Shown: in pieces, positions 47,758-58,456 of the stretch
Layout: the number at the start of each line of letters is the position of its first letter
Numbering within the stretch: the first letter of the stretch is position 1
NCBI GenBank assembly: GCA_045595445.1
Contig: JAZOAK010000023.1
Location: forward strand, 44,121 to 108,120
Direction of reading: 5' to 3'
DNA length: 64,000 nt
DNA from: Acutalibacteraceae bacterium
GTDB lineage: Bacteria > Bacillota > Clostridia > Oscillospirales > Acutalibacteraceae
Notes under the pieces: model-generated
Told to the model about the DNA's origin: nothing
Database searches by the model: none
What the model saw: only the letters and a program-made list of their open reading frames with translations
Program-made: the position numbers and the translations under genes

Positions 47758-49041
47758 TTATGCGGTAATTTGGTCGACGGCATGCTGTACCTCAAAACGT
47801 ATACGTTCCATATCCAGGGTGGTAAACTCCCCGAATCGGTACGCGATACGTCCGTCTACGACCGTCATGCACACCGCTCGACTACCCGCACCGTACAGCA
47901 CGTTCGAGAGCGGTGCGTTGGCAGGACACAATCCCGGGTGTGTGGTATCCACCATCACCAAATCGGCACGGTAACCTTCGGCAATATCTCCACAGTCGGC
48001 ACGCCCTTGGGACAACGCGCCTGCGCGCGTACCCATATACAGCATCTCCCCCGCTGGTAATGCTCCCGCGTTACAAGTAACCCCCTTGGCGAGCAATGCC
48101 GCCGTACGCATTTCCTCCACCATGTCCAACGTATTGTTGCTTGCCGCCGAATCGGTACCGATCGCAACGACAAGCCCCATCGACCGATATTTCTCTACCG
48201 GTGCAACCCCGCTGCCAAGTTTCAAATTGCTTTTGGCGCAGTGGGCAAGCGTAACATCGTATTGTGATAAGCAATGAACGTCATCGTCAGTCAACCACAC
48301 GCCATGCGCAACCGTCAACGGTCGTTGGAGCATCCCCACTTTTTCAAGTAACCGTGTTGGTGTGCAACCGTGCCGACCGACACACTCTTTGTGTTCGCTT
48401 GCGGTTTCCGACAGATGAATATGCATCCGCAGTCCGTTTTCTGCCGCCAAGTCGGCGGCATCGTGCAGAATGTCGGGGCGCGTGGTATATTCCGCGTGCG
48501 GTGCGACGTCCACCAAAATCCGACCGTCTTCGGCACCGTGATACTGCTCAATAAGTGCTTTGGTATCGGTATAGGCGGGAAGATCGGCAAACCGTTTGGT
48601 AGCATCGAAACACGAAATTCCGCGACCGATGTTCGCTTTGATTCCGCTCTGTGCCACCGCGCGAACGGTATCCTCACAGAAATAATACATATCGGTAAAG
48701 GATGTGGTACCGGTCATCAACATCTCAGCGATACCGAGCATACTCCCCCAGTAGACCGCTTCAGAAGACAGCTTGTCCTCAAACGGAAAAATACGATCAA
48801 ACAACCACGATTGCAACGGCATATCCTCACCGTAACCGCGCATCAAGGTCATGGCAACGTGCGTATGCGCGTTGACAAAACCCGGTAATAACAATCGGTT
48901 GGTACCGTTGATACGTTCTCCGTAATTCTCAGCGGGCGGCGTTTCTCCGACATAACGGATATACGCGCCCTGCACACCGACGTAGCACGAAGGCAAATAA
49001 GTGCCGTCTGCTTTCAGTACTGCGATGTTCTCGAAAATCAT
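47758..49041 (-). CDS. mtaD: Amidohydrolase, MTA/SAH deaminase (MtaD)-like
   Basis: Metal-binding motif PGFVNAHTHVAMT, with the HxH signature of the TIM-barrel amidohydrolase fold. Confidence 0.75.
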   Translation of the reverse strand: MIFENIAVLKADGTYLPSCYVGVQGAYIRYVGETPPAENYGERINGTNRLLLPGFVNAHTHVAMTLMRGYGEDMPLQSWLFDRIFPFEDKLSSEAVYWGSMLGIAEMLMTGTTSFTDMYYFCEDTVRAVAQSGIKANIGRGISCFDATKRFADLPAYTDTKALIEQYHGAEDGRILVDVAPHAEYTTRPDILHDAADLAAENGLRMHIHLSETASEHKECVGRHGCTPTRLLEKVGMLQRPLTVAHGVWLTDDDVHCLSQYDVTLAHCAKSNLKLGSGVAPVEKYRSMGLVVAIGTDSAASNNTLDMVEEMRTAALLAKGVTCNAGALPAGEMLYMGTRAGALSQGRADCGDIAEGYRADLVMVDTTHPGLCPANAPLSNVLYGAGSRAVCMTVVDGRIAYRFGEFTTLDMERIRFEVQHAVDQITA

Positions 49042-49895
49042 ACGTCCTTCGCCGCCTTTGCCACAATCGCTTTCATGAGGTCGCCAAAGGTGCGGGACAT
49101 CTTTGCCGCCGCTACGACCACTTCATCATCACTGACCTCAGTGCCTGCAACGATTCCCGCTGCCATGTTGGTAATGCAGGAAATGCCAAGCAATTCCATG
49201 CCGCTTTGTGCCGCAACGATCGCTTCTGGTACGGTGGACATACCCACTGCATCACCTCCAAGCAAACGGATCATACGAATCTCGGCAGGTGTTTCAAACT
49301 GCGGGCCGCCCATATAGAAATACACGCCCTCCCGCAGCGAAACAGATAATTCTGCTGCCGCTTTGCGCGCGATCTCCTGCAAACGAGGCGTATAGGTGTG
49401 CGTCATATCAAAAAAGCGCGCACCCAAGCGGTCGTCTGCCGGTCCTCTTGCCGGACTATCGGCACACAACTTAATATGGTCGGTAATCAACATCAGATCG
49501 CCAACCGCAAAGTCCGTATTCACGCCACCTGCGGCATTGGTTAAAATCAGTGTTTTGACACCGAGCGCTTGCAAAACCCGCACGTAGAAGGTGACAGTCG
49601 AAAAGTCATATCCCTCGTAATAATGCGAGCGGCCGGAAAACACAAACAGCGGTACACCGTTCAAGCGCCCCGCCGCGAGAAATCCCGCATGTGATGCCAC
49701 GGTGGACACCGGAAAGTGCGGGATGTCCTCATACGGAATACGCACGGCATTTTCCAGTTCATCGGCGAGATACCCAAGCCCTGAACCAAGCACCAAGGCA
49801 GTGCGCGGCAAAACGATATCTGCCGCCGACACACGCCCGCGTACCAATGCCGCCGCCTGTTCAATACGTGTCATCGGATCGTTTACGTTCATCAA
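49038..49895 (-). CDS. Purine nucleoside phosphorylase (PunA type)
   Basis: GSGLG and GMSTVPE motifs. ATGA overlaps occur at both ends. Confidence 0.85.
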   Translation of the reverse strand: MMNVNDPMTRIEQAAALVRGRVSAADIVLPRTALVLGSGLGYLADELENAVRIPYEDIPHFPVSTVASHAGFLAAGRLNGVPLFVFSGRSHYYEGYDFSTVTFYVRVLQALGVKTLILTNAAGGVNTDFAVGDLMLITDHIKLCADSPARGPADDRLGARFFDMTHTYTPRLQEIARKAAAELSVSLREGVYFYMGGPQFETPAEIRMIRLLGGDAVGMSTVPEAIVAAQSGMELLGISCITNMAAGIVAGTEVSDDEVVVAAAKMSRTFGDLMKAIVAKAAKDV

Positions 49896-50248
49896 AGTTT
49901 TTCACCGCACTGGTTACAAAACGTCGCCGTCTGCTCGTTGAAAGCACCGCAACCGCCGCAACGCACGAGGTTTTTGCTGTCCATGATGCATTCTTCCAAG
50001 TCTTCGATCTCAGCATTAAGAGCATCGATATGCTCGATGCACGCATCCACCATATCATCTATCGGCTCACCCGATTTTCGGCTGTCGTAGATCAATCGGC
50101 CGAGACCCTCATGCGCCCCCGCGATCTCACGACGCAGATCCGCGATCCTCACTTTCATTTTTCCGAGCTCTACCAATTCGCCGGTCTTTTTCCCGACGGT
50201 TTCCGCAACGTCCTTTACGCGGGACACAACGTCTTCAAACTTTGTCAT
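49892..50248 (-). CDS. Coiled-coil protein with C-terminal zinc ribbon
   Basis: 118 aa. The C-terminus has CGGC...CNQC. It is translationally coupled to the PNP gene. Confidence 0.6.
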   Translation of the reverse strand: MTKFEDVVSRVKDVAETVGKKTGELVELGKMKVRIADLRREIAGAHEGLGRLIYDSRKSGEPIDDMVDACIEHIDALNAEIEDLEECIMDSKNLVRCGGCGAFNEQTATFCNQCGEKL

Positions 50249-50318
50249 ACTCGATCGCTCCTTTTCTATTTCCTACTTTCATTATAAGAAATTCTATACT
50301 AAAAGACAATAAGAATTT

Positions 50319-51260
50319 TTATGTTGACCCCACAAACTCCCAAAGCAGAGAATTGCTCGGCAATCCTTCGGTTGACAACGGACAGAATTGTGACAAGGCT
50401 TCCGTGAAATGGGCAACTGTTTGTGCATACGGGCTATCCGTCGGCACTTCACGCAGCAACGGCAACAGCCGTGGTGCCAACATAGCACATTCAAAGGCGT
50501 GGGTAGTATCAAACACTGCGTTCGCCGTATCCACGTACGGGAACATATACAGATTCTCACCGCGCACAACCTGCCGCCACATATCCAACGTGTTTTCGAT
50601 GGAACTGTTGCGGAACTGATAATCACGCAACATCCGACGACACAACCGAAGATCACGACGCGTCAGCAGCGTATCCTCTCCGTCGTACACGCGCGACATG
50701 ACGTTGATAAAAATCTTAAACACGGTATCCGTCGGCAAATGGTCTTCCAGTTTCGGATTGAGTGCATGGATGCCCTCGAAAATCACCACCGACGTATCCG
50801 TAATGCGCAGTTCGTGCTTTTGCGGTTCCGGTTCGCGGGTGTTGAAGTTGAATCGCGGCAACTGCGTAACGCCGTCCGTCAGCAGTTCCTTCATACAGGT
50901 TTGTAACTGTTGCAGGTCCAGCGCCTCAATCGACTCATAATCATAACTGCCGTCCGGCAACAGCGGCGCCTGCCCTTTTCCGCGATAAAAATCATCCAAC
51001 GAAATAATACTCGCCTGTCTGCCGCGTGCCTCCAACTCTCGTTTAAGATTGTTGGCGGTGGTGGTCTTACCCGCCGACGACGGACCGGATAACAGCACCA
51101 AACATCTGCCCGGCATTTTCGCCACCATATGCTCCGTCACCCGCCGCACGTTATCCAAATACCGCGCACATTCCTCTTCAATCATGCCCTGCGAATCTTT
51201 TTTCAGCCGCTCGTTGATCGTGGCAACACGCAAGGTGCGCTGTTCAAAAAATCGATTCAT
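50319..51260 (-). CDS. Uridine kinase-family nucleoside kinase
   Basis: P-loop GPSSAGKTTTA and IFEGIHALNP. Confidence 0.7.
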   Translation of the reverse strand: MNRFFEQRTLRVATINERLKKDSQGMIEEECARYLDNVRRVTEHMVAKMPGRCLVLLSGPSSAGKTTTANNLKRELEARGRQASIISLDDFYRGKGQAPLLPDGSYDYESIEALDLQQLQTCMKELLTDGVTQLPRFNFNTREPEPQKHELRITDTSVVIFEGIHALNPKLEDHLPTDTVFKIFINVMSRVYDGEDTLLTRRDLRLCRRMLRDYQFRNSSIENTLDMWRQVVRGENLYMFPYVDTANAVFDTTHAFECAMLAPRLLPLLREVPTDSPYAQTVAHFTEALSQFCPLSTEGLPSNSLLWEFVGST

Positions 51261-52732
51261 AGAGATATCCTTTCGTAAAAATCTTTCACTAAGCCTTTCC
51301 GATTCAGCATTTCCTCAAGGCCGCTGTTGTATTCGTAAGGAAACTTATAATTAAAAATACGCTCCAAATACTCCGTTCCCGGTTGCTTCAATTTGGATAC
51401 CGCACCGGCGCCGCACCCTAAAATCGTATGCGTTTCGTCCATAATATAGACGTTATACAAGCCATCACAACCGTCTTTCGCCCAACCGACGTTTTCCTGG
51501 TTGCCCACCGTTCGGCTTTGACGATACAGATAATACGGATGATACTGAGCCCGGGGCAAGCGCTCGGCGGTATGGCGCACCATGCGCACCGCTTCGTCAC
51601 CGCCGCGGTAATCCGCCCGCTTTTGCAGGGTTAAATTGGCGGCGCGCTTCATCGACAACGTGTGAACGGTAACACTTTCGGGTGCCAGACGTAAAATACC
51701 GTCGATCGTTTCACAAAAGCCGTCGTAGGTATCCCCCGGCAACCCCGCAATCAGATCGGTATTGATGTTGTGATGTCCCTGTCGGCGCGCCGTTTCAAAC
51801 GCTTCGTAAAACTGTTCCACCGTATGTTTGCGACCGATTCCACACAACACCTCATCGTGCAAAGTTTGCGGGTTGATGCTGACACGTGACACCCCTGCCG
51901 CTTTCAGCACGCGCAGTTTATCGTCGGTCACGGTGTCGGGCCGTCCCGCCTCCACCGTATATTCCCGCACGGAGGACAGATCAAACGATGTTTCCACCGC
52001 CCGCGTCAAGGTTTCAAGTTGTTCGGCGGTCAAGGTTGTGGGTGTGCCACCACCGAAATAAACGGTTTCCAAACGAAGCCCCAAGTCCTTAGCGAGTGCG
52101 CCGGTAAACGCGATTTCCTCCGCCAAACGTTCCACATATTCGGGAATCAGTTTGGCGGCTCTCGTGATGGTTTGGGAGACGAAAGAGCAGTAATCACAAC
52201 GCGACGGACAAAACGGCACCGACACGTACAAACTGAACGATTCCGGTCGAGAGAGCCCCAAAATGCGATCCTCCGCCTCCAGCGTCGTGCGACACAACTG
52301 CAACTTGCGCTCGCTGACAAACAGCCGCTCGCGCAGATGAGAAAGAGCTTTTTCCTCCCCCTCTTCCGCGATCAAACGACGCAACAATTTTACGGGACGC
52401 ACACCGGTTACAATGCCCCAGTCTTGCGTAGTGTGAAACGCATCCGAGAGCAGATCGTACAACAATTCACACAACACCAGTTCACATTCGTCCTTGTAAG
52501 ACGGCTGCGCGTTATCCACCCGCGCCTGCCGTGTTTCATCGTAGTCGGAAAGCTGTAACCGACAAGACAGTGCCGTTTCGGTCACCTGCTTTTCCAAGCG
52601 CGCGATCAGCGCTGCACCGTCCGACGGCGTATCGTCGGATTGAGCGACTACCAACCGCTCCTGCGGTAAAAACAGCCGACAGACGTTTTGCAATTCAAAA
52701 TGATAATCATGTCCTTGTAAATACAGAACCAT
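51257..52732 (-). CDS. Radical SAM protein, HemN/HemZ-like coproporphyrinogen dehydrogenase family
   Basis: CPSRCDYCSF is a CxxxCxxC motif. The 491-aa length is typical of HemZ. Confidence 0.75.
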   Translation of the reverse strand: MVLYLQGHDYHFELQNVCRLFLPQERLVVAQSDDTPSDGAALIARLEKQVTETALSCRLQLSDYDETRQARVDNAQPSYKDECELVLCELLYDLLSDAFHTTQDWGIVTGVRPVKLLRRLIAEEGEEKALSHLRERLFVSERKLQLCRTTLEAEDRILGLSRPESFSLYVSVPFCPSRCDYCSFVSQTITRAAKLIPEYVERLAEEIAFTGALAKDLGLRLETVYFGGGTPTTLTAEQLETLTRAVETSFDLSSVREYTVEAGRPDTVTDDKLRVLKAAGVSRVSINPQTLHDEVLCGIGRKHTVEQFYEAFETARRQGHHNINTDLIAGLPGDTYDGFCETIDGILRLAPESVTVHTLSMKRAANLTLQKRADYRGGDEAVRMVRHTAERLPRAQYHPYYLYRQSRTVGNQENVGWAKDGCDGLYNVYIMDETHTILGCGAGAVSKLKQPGTEYLERIFNYKFPYEYNSGLEEMLNRKGLVKDFYERISL

Positions 52733-52735
52733 ATC

Positions 52736-53344
52736 TTATATTCCTACCATAAACGGATTCGATTGTTTTTCAAATCCTATCGTTGTTTCTCCGCCGTGGC
52801 CGGGCACGACGCACGTTTCATCCGGCAACCCAGCCAAGCGTTTAAGGCTTTGGCGCATCGCCGTAAAATCGCCACCGGTAAAATCCGTTCTGCCGATACT
52901 GCCCGCAAACAGCGTATCGCCCGCAAAGAGAACATTTTCACAACGATAACAGACACTGCCGGGCGTGTGTCCCGGTGTGTGTAACACCTCAAAGGTAAGT
53001 TGCCCGATCTCCACGGTATCGCCGTCACGCAACACCCTATCGGCACTCAACGCGCAGGGAAACATGACCATACTTAACATGGGATCGGTCAATGCGGGTA
53101 CCTCAGCTTCATGCACGAAAAGCGATGCTCCCGTTGCCGCCTGCAACGCCTCCACCGCTTGTACGTGATCAAAGTGCACGTGTGTGAGCAAAATCGCCTG
53201 CACGTGCAAACCGTACGTTTCGATAAGGGTAAGCAACCGCGCTGCCTCGTCACCGGGATCAATCACCGCGGCATTGCCGTTTCCGTCATATACAAGACAG
53301 CAGTTCGCCCCCAGATTGCCTACCGCAATGCACTGATACGTCAT
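52736..53344 (-). CDS. MBL-fold metallo-hydrolase
   Basis: THVHFDH motif (HxHxDH). 202 aa. Confidence 0.85.
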   Translation of the reverse strand: MTYQCIAVGNLGANCCLVYDGNGNAAVIDPGDEAARLLTLIETYGLHVQAILLTHVHFDHVQAVEALQAATGASLFVHEAEVPALTDPMLSMVMFPCALSADRVLRDGDTVEIGQLTFEVLHTPGHTPGSVCYRCENVLFAGDTLFAGSIGRTDFTGGDFTAMRQSLKRLAGLPDETCVVPGHGGETTIGFEKQSNPFMVGI

Positions 53345-53348
53345 CGTC

Positions 53349-53801
53349 TCACATCCAGTCTTTGGTATCCAGCGGGATGGTGACCGGTCCGTTGCCGCGC
53401 ATACTCACGATCATATGCGCACCGAACTCGCCCGCTTCGACTTTTGCGATGCCCTGCGCGCGCAGTTCTTCCATAAACAATTCGTACAGCGGCTCGGCTT
53501 TTTCCGGGCGTGCCGCCGCAAAAAATTCCGGCCGCCGCCCATGCGAGCAGTTTGCTGCCAACGTGAAATTCGATACCGCCAGCACCTCGCCGCCAATGGC
53601 GAGCAGCGACAGATTCATTTTATCGTTTTCATCGGTAAACACACGCAGATTGGCGATCTTCTGTGCCATGATCTTCGCGTGTTCGGGGGTATCCTCCTGC
53701 TCAACGCCGAGCAGGATAAGCGCCCCGTGACCGATCTGACCGACAAGGCGACCTTCCACCTCTACAGAGGCATCGTACACCCGCTGAAAAATTGCTTTCA
53801 T
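53349..53801 (-). CDS. dtd: D-aminoacyl-tRNA deacylase
   Basis: 150 aa with MKAIFQRV...SNFTL and a GPVT C-terminal motif. Confidence 0.9.
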   Translation of the reverse strand: MKAIFQRVYDASVEVEGRLVGQIGHGALILLGVEQEDTPEHAKIMAQKIANLRVFTDENDKMNLSLLAIGGEVLAVSNFTLAANCSHGRRPEFFAAARPEKAEPLYELFMEELRAQGIAKVEAGEFGAHMIVSMRGNGPVTIPLDTKDWM

Positions 53802-53807
53802 CTTTCC

Positions 53808-56009
53808 TTACGCTCCTCCGCGTTTAATATCCTCAACACCACCGACGCGTTTTAAGCGTGCCATAACCTCTTGTAAATGTGTGAGACTGTTGACACCAAC
53901 CGTGATAAACACTTCACCTTGACCACGGTTTTCCCGCGCTTGCATGCCGTAAATCATAACGTGCATGGCGGCAAGTTGCGCCGTAATATCCGCGAGCAGT
54001 TCAATACGGTCCGCCGCAATAATATGCAGCTCCGCCTTGAACTCTTCACGAACACTATCCTCCCACGATACCGTCACCCAACGTTCCGGCTCAGCACTGT
54101 GCGACGGATCCGTCGGCACGTTTGAGCAGTCCCGCTTGTGAATGGAAACACCGTATCCGCGGGTAATAAATCCAATAATTTCATCGCCCGGCACCGGATT
54201 GCAGCAGCGTGCAAACTTAACCAGGCAGTTTTCCATATTGTCAATGATGACGCCGCCGTTATGGTGACGGTGCGGCTTTGCTGCCGCCGTGACACTCTCC
54301 ACCGTCACCGGTTCGGTGCGCGCGTACTTGGCAGCATCCTCTTTCATACGCGGGACAAGGCGCGACAATAAAATGCCGCCGTAGCCGATTGCCGCATAAA
54401 AATCCTCAATCGTGTCGCAATGCTGACGCTTTGCCTGCGCCATCAAGAAATCTTCCAGATCCTGTCCTGATAAGCGGATAAAATTGCGCGCCATTTCGCG
54501 TTCAAGTTCTTCGCGCCCTTGTTGAATGTTTTCGTCTCGGCGCTCACGCTTGTACCACGAGCGAATCTTGTTGCGCGCTTCACTGGTTTTGACAAGCTGT
54601 AACCAGTCACGACTGGGGCCGTGATTCGGCGCAGAGGTGGTCAAAATCTCCACCACCTCGCCGGTGTTTACCTCATAATCAATGGATACGATGCGGCCAT
54701 CCACCTTGGCACCCACCATGCGGTTGCCGACCTCGGAATGAATGGCATAAGCAAAATCAATGACCGTTGAACCGCGCGGCAGGCTGACAACTCTGCCGCG
54801 GGGTGAAAACACAAACACATCGTCCGACGACAAGTCGGTCTTGATTGACTGCACGATATCCTCCGCATCGTCAACGTCTTGCTGGTTTTCGATGAATTTG
54901 CGTACCCACGCAAGTTTATCCTCCAAGCGATCCTTTTTCTGGATACCGAGCTTATATTTCCAGTGCGCCGCGATACCGTATTCCGCCGTGTGATGCATTT
55001 CCCACGTGCGGATCTGCACCTCAAACGCGATCTTTTCGTGGCTGATAACGGTGGTATGCAACGACTGATACATATTCGCTTTGGGTGTGGAAATATAATC
55101 CTTAAACCGATTGGGAATCGGATGGAACAGGTCATGCACGATGCCTAAGGCATTGTAGCAGTCGTTAAGCGTATCCACGATAATGCGCACAGCGTACACA
55201 TCGTATATTTCATCAAAAGCGCGGCCCTGCATATACATCTTGCGATAAATGCCCGCAATACTTTTGATTCGTCCGCAAACGTACGGTTTCATGCCGTACT
55301 CCGCCAACCGTTCACGCAACTGGTCTTGAATGGTATCCAAAAAAGCCGCCCGTTCGTCACTGCGCATATTCAAGTTCTGTTCGATCTCCTCGCACCCCAT
55401 CGGATCAAGCAGATGCAACGAAATGTCTTCCAGTTCCTCTTTAATGGCACGGATACCGAGCCGATGTGCGAGCGGCGCGTAAATATCCAACGTTTCCTTT
55501 GCTTTATCCCGCCGTTTTTGCGGATACCAACCCTCGCTGGTACGCATGTTGTGCAGACGGTCCGCCAGTTTAATAATGATAACGCGTATATCCTGCGACA
55601 TCGCCAAAAGCATTTTGCGGACGTTTTCCGCCTGTTCCTCTTCCCTTGTAGAGAACGGCATCTGTGTGATCTTGGTAACACCGTCGACAAGCAAGGCAAC
55701 GTTCTCACCGAACTCGCGCTTGATATCGTCAAGTTCGACGCCGGTATCCTCCACCACATCGTGCAAAATCGCCGCCACAATGGTTTCGTTATCCATACCG
55801 AGTTCAACGAGAATACACGCGACCTGCAACGGATGGCAGACATAATCACCGCCCGCGTACCGCATCTGTCCCGCGTGAGCTTCACATGCCATCGTAACAG
55901 CACGATCAATTTTCTCGCTGTCGTACTTCTTTTCAGCAGTGGCGATCGCTTGCTTCAAGGCGGCGATTGCCTGATCTTTATACAGTACTGTATTCTGTTC
56001 CACAATCAC
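53808..56009 (-). CDS. relA: Bifunctional (p)ppGpp synthetase/hydrolase
   Basis: 733 aa. HD domain (HDVVEDT), synthetase domain, and TGS/ACT regions. Confidence 0.9.
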   Translation of the reverse strand: MIVEQNTVLYKDQAIAALKQAIATAEKKYDSEKIDRAVTMACEAHAGQMRYAGGDYVCHPLQVACILVELGMDNETIVAAILHDVVEDTGVELDDIKREFGENVALLVDGVTKITQMPFSTREEEQAENVRKMLLAMSQDIRVIIIKLADRLHNMRTSEGWYPQKRRDKAKETLDIYAPLAHRLGIRAIKEELEDISLHLLDPMGCEEIEQNLNMRSDERAAFLDTIQDQLRERLAEYGMKPYVCGRIKSIAGIYRKMYMQGRAFDEIYDVYAVRIIVDTLNDCYNALGIVHDLFHPIPNRFKDYISTPKANMYQSLHTTVISHEKIAFEVQIRTWEMHHTAEYGIAAHWKYKLGIQKKDRLEDKLAWVRKFIENQQDVDDAEDIVQSIKTDLSSDDVFVFSPRGRVVSLPRGSTVIDFAYAIHSEVGNRMVGAKVDGRIVSIDYEVNTGEVVEILTTSAPNHGPSRDWLQLVKTSEARNKIRSWYKRERRDENIQQGREELEREMARNFIRLSGQDLEDFLMAQAKRQHCDTIEDFYAAIGYGGILLSRLVPRMKEDAAKYARTEPVTVESVTAAAKPHRHHNGGVIIDNMENCLVKFARCCNPVPGDEIIGFITRGYGVSIHKRDCSNVPTDPSHSAEPERWVTVSWEDSVREEFKAELHIIAADRIELLADITAQLAAMHVMIYGMQARENRGQGEVFITVGVNSLTHLQEVMARLKRVGGVEDIKRGGA

Positions 56010-58039
56010 CCCTCCTGTCCTAACAAATAGCGAGCCGTTTGTGTGTTCATCAAATCAAATTTACCGTCTACCGGTTTCACCGCCGCATACACCGTATCAC
56101 CGTAGTTTGTCCATTCGATCAAGCCCGCCTCGCGCAATAAGGTAAGCGACACCAAAACATCCGTACCGGTAAACGGTCCGCGAGCTACCGCGTGAATCAA
56201 CGATTCCACCGTTCCGCGGTACGGTTGTTGTTTTAAGAAACGGTACACCGCCGCCGCGCAATCACGATTCGGCGAAGCGGTATCGCGCTCGGCATCGCGG
56301 CGCAAAACGGAATCGTATCGGCGCAGCGTATCCAATACCGTTTCCTGATCCAGATCGGCGTGCCGCACGTCACGTACGATGATAGACACGTTGACGGTGC
56401 CACGGTATTCGTTGCGATCGAGTGTTACGGAAACGTTGAGTACTTCTCCCACGGCAAAGGGAAACTGCTCGGGTGTGGTTGAAAATTTCATGGCCGTTAC
56501 GCGCACACCGTCACGATTCAAGGTCAGGCGCAAATGCTTGCCGCCGCCCACGGCATCAATACGCTCCAACGTCATGCGATACAAGCCGAATATCGGAGAC
56601 GGGTTGCCCGTGCCAAACGGTTCCAATGCCGACAGGCAAGTAAGCAACTCGGGTTTTATCTGATCCGGTTTAAGGCGGCAATCCATCCGCACTTCCGGTA
56701 CCGGCATGGTCGGTGCCACGGAAGCGGCATACGCATTGATCTTCTCACAAAATTCTTGTAAGCGGCCCGCTTCCAACGTCATGCCGGCGGCAAGTTCGTG
56801 CCCACCGTAACCGAGCAAGCAATCGTCGCACGCACGCAGCGCTTCAAACAGCGAAAAGCCGGAAAGGCTTCTGCCGGAACCGCGCGCGATACCGTCATCG
56901 ACCGACAACACCAAACAAGGACGGCCATACCGTTCCTGTAACCGCGCCGCCAAAATACCCAACACGCCGTGGTGCCATCCTTCGCCCCACACGACAAGCA
57001 CACGCTGTGCCGTCCGCTCGGGCGTCGCACACAGCGTTTCCAAAAGCGGTGTCAAAATCGCCGTTTCGGTTTCCTGACGTTCTCTATTTTTCTCACAGAT
57101 CTCGCCGGCTAAGCAATCAGCTTCCTGCTCATCTTCGCTGAGCAAGAGTGCTGCCGCCAGAAACGGATCATCCATACGTCCCGCCGCGTTAATGCGCGGT
57201 GCAAGCGTAAACGCCACCGAGGTTGCCGTCTGCTTGGTTCCGGCAACCCCCGCGTGCTCACGTAACAGGCGAAGTCCAAGCCGCGTTTCGTTGTTGATGT
57301 TCTGTAATCCTCGGCGCACCAAAATACGGTTGTCATGCCGAAGCGGCATCACGTCGGCAAGCGTACCGAGCGCCACCAGGTCACCGTATTCACGCATCGC
57401 CCAATCAGGATCACCTTCCAGGGCGCACACCAACTGGAACGCCACACCGACACCCGCAAAATCCTTAAATTCACTTGGGCAATCATGGCGATGCGGATCC
57501 ACTACCGCCACGGCGTTCGGCAACACATCCTGCGGCTGATGGTGGTCGGTTACCACAACGTCAATGCCGCACTCCGCGGCAAACTCCACCTCATCCAAAG
57601 CGGTAATACCATTATCAACGGTAATAATCAACTGTACACCTTGCGCCGCCATTTCCTCAATACTCTCGCAGTGCAAGCCATAACCCTCATTGTCACGTCG
57701 CGGCAAACGATAGGCGACCCTAGCACCCTGACTTCGCAGATACGAGTATAACAATACGGTAGCCGTGACACCGTCTGCGTCATAGTCACCATATACCATA
57801 ATGCTTTCGCCCTCGTCGATCGCGCGCTGTATACGTTCCACCGCAGCATCCATGTCCGCAAACATAAACGGATCGCTTTGCAGATCGTTGCCCACCAAAA
57901 ACTCCATCGCAGATTCCGCGTCGGTAATACCTCGACCGGTCAACAACAGACACAGCAACGGATCTAACCCGCATTCAGCCGACAAGTCGCTGGCAATGTC
58001 TTTGTTCACTTGTAAAAATGTCCAACGCTTGTAGCTCAT
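56006..58039 (-). CDS. recJ: Single-stranded-DNA-specific exonuclease RecJ
   Basis: DHH motifs (YGDYDADGV, VVTDHH) and a DHHA1 region (GGHELAAG). Confidence 0.85.
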   Translation of the reverse strand: MSYKRWTFLQVNKDIASDLSAECGLDPLLCLLLTGRGITDAESAMEFLVGNDLQSDPFMFADMDAAVERIQRAIDEGESIMVYGDYDADGVTATVLLYSYLRSQGARVAYRLPRRDNEGYGLHCESIEEMAAQGVQLIITVDNGITALDEVEFAAECGIDVVVTDHHQPQDVLPNAVAVVDPHRHDCPSEFKDFAGVGVAFQLVCALEGDPDWAMREYGDLVALGTLADVMPLRHDNRILVRRGLQNINNETRLGLRLLREHAGVAGTKQTATSVAFTLAPRINAAGRMDDPFLAAALLLSEDEQEADCLAGEICEKNRERQETETAILTPLLETLCATPERTAQRVLVVWGEGWHHGVLGILAARLQERYGRPCLVLSVDDGIARGSGRSLSGFSLFEALRACDDCLLGYGGHELAAGMTLEAGRLQEFCEKINAYAASVAPTMPVPEVRMDCRLKPDQIKPELLTCLSALEPFGTGNPSPIFGLYRMTLERIDAVGGGKHLRLTLNRDGVRVTAMKFSTTPEQFPFAVGEVLNVSVTLDRNEYRGTVNVSIIVRDVRHADLDQETVLDTLRRYDSVLRRDAERDTASPNRDCAAAVYRFLKQQPYRGTVESLIHAVARGPFTGTDVLVSLTLLREAGLIEWTNYGDTVYAAVKPVDGKFDLMNTQTARYLLGQEG

Positions 58040-58159
58040 GTGAGGTTCTCCTTTTGCAGTACATACATAATTATAATATCATTTTCTTATGTATGATTCA
58101 ATAGATTTCTTTTGCGTTTATGCGCTAATCCGTCACAATTTTTCAAAAAACCCCAAGTA

Positions 58160-58188
58160 TTGACATTTTTTGGAAGTTGTGGTACGAT
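58160..58188 (+). promoter_or_regulatory. Sigma-A promoter of abrB
   Basis: TTGACA, 17 nt, TACGAT. Confidence 0.55.
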
Positions 58189-58207
58189 GTCTTCGAGGTG
58201 ATTGTAT

Positions 58208-58447
58208 ATGAAATCAACTGGTATTGTTCGTAAATTGGATAATTTAGGACGCATCGTGCTGCCCGTAGAGCTGCGCCGTACGTTAAAGATCGGAGAAAAG
58301 GATCCGGTGGAAATCTTTGTCGAGGAGGATATGGTCATTCTCAAAAAGCATCAGCCGTCCTGCTTGTTCTGCGGTGATCCGAAAGACGTTATTTCTTTCA
58401 AAGGCCACAACATCTGCCCCAACTGCTTACGTGAGCTGACAAAATAA
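58208..58447 (+). CDS. abrB: AbrB-family transition-state regulator
   Basis: MKSTGIVRKLDNLGRIVLPVELRRTL is a SpoVT/AbrB swapped-hairpin N-terminus. The C-terminus carries CxxC...CxxC. A GAGGTGA RBS is present. Confidence 0.85.
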   Translation: MKSTGIVRKLDNLGRIVLPVELRRTLKIGEKDPVEIFVEEDMVILKKHQPSCLFCGDPKDVISFKGHNICPNCLRELTK

Positions 58448-58456
58448 TCATCTGAT

